Assembly (NCBI GenBank): GCA_963702205.1
Contig: OY969724.1
Location: 256,001 to 320,000, forward strand
Source: an uncultured candidate division Zixibacteria bacterium
Lineage (GTDB): Bacteria > Zixibacteria > MSB-5A5 > GN15 > PGXB01
Direction: 5' to 3'
Length of the DNA: 64,000 nt
Shown: one piece after another, positions 63,712 to 64,000 of the stretch
Numbering within the stretch: position 1 is the stretch's first letter
Layout: the number at the start of each line of letters is the position of its first letter
Made by a program: the position numbers and the translations under genes
The notes under the pieces: generated by a model
Seen by the model: only the letters and a program-made list of their open reading frames with translations
The model's database searches: none
Told to the model about the DNA's origin: nothing

Positions 63712-64000
63712 TTCCTACCCCCCATATCATTCGAAATCAATAACAAATCGGAAATCCCCGGGACCTCCAAAATCAAGCTTAACCAATTGTTATTGATGCA
63801 TTTAGTATCCGCGACAATCATTTCGGGGATTGCATATTGTCTTCTGGTAGTTTTTGGCGTTTTTTGAGTTAATTCCGGCTTTAAATTATGGCCGGGCACA
63901 CTCCCCCAGACGTTCACAATGTTCACACGTTCACGGCCTATTGTGCCACAACAGGTTATAACGTGAACATTGCCGTGAACATTCACCCCTCTATCTCTAT
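63708..64000 (-). CDS. Possible C-terminal end of a gene entering from beyond the window (replication protein?)
   Basis: Frame is open to the window edge, its stop overlaps the next ATG (ATGA), and it contains GTTCAC repeats. Confidence 0.4.
   Translation of the reverse strand, partial: RDRGVNVHGNVHVITCCGTIGRERVNIVNVWGSVPGHNLKPELTQKTPKTTRRQYAIPEMIVADTKCINNNWLSLILEVPGISDLLLISNDMGGRK

Larger units (their letters stand above)
53021..64000. mobile_element. Integrative element at tRNA-Ser (right end outside the window)
   Basis: Integrase directly 3' of the tRNA, visibly AT-richer DNA, excisionase-like gene, Cys-rich gene and iteron-like repeats at the far end; attR not visible. Confidence 0.75.

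Overview
Bacterial chromosomal window. The many secreted proteins ending in a double dockerin-like GDxxxDxxVNLxDILYLIxYxYxxPPGPxP(C) tail suggest candidate phylum Zixibacteria / FCB group (inference). The GC-richer core holds tex (partial), proS, ogt, mgtE, crcB under a fluoride riboswitch, a heavy-metal P-type ATPase, a Crp/Fnr regulator with a ferredoxin-DUF438-cupin operon, M3/M32 peptidases, pruA, rlmD, htpX, tadA and tRNA-Ser(CGA). Interleaved are six giant secreted genes built from shared, shuffled modules, all with the dockerin-like tail. One is split by an IS256 element, one separates the Fnr-type regulator from its operon, and two sit between the integrase and excisionase of a tRNA-Ser-integrated, satellite-like element that runs off the right edge. 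Intergenic DNA holds several nested REP-like hairpin families and two MITEs, each inserted in the 4-nt loop of a hairpin. Four single-base frameshifts in short G/C runs look like sequencing errors. All calls come from reading the sequence and motifs by eye; no database searches were run.
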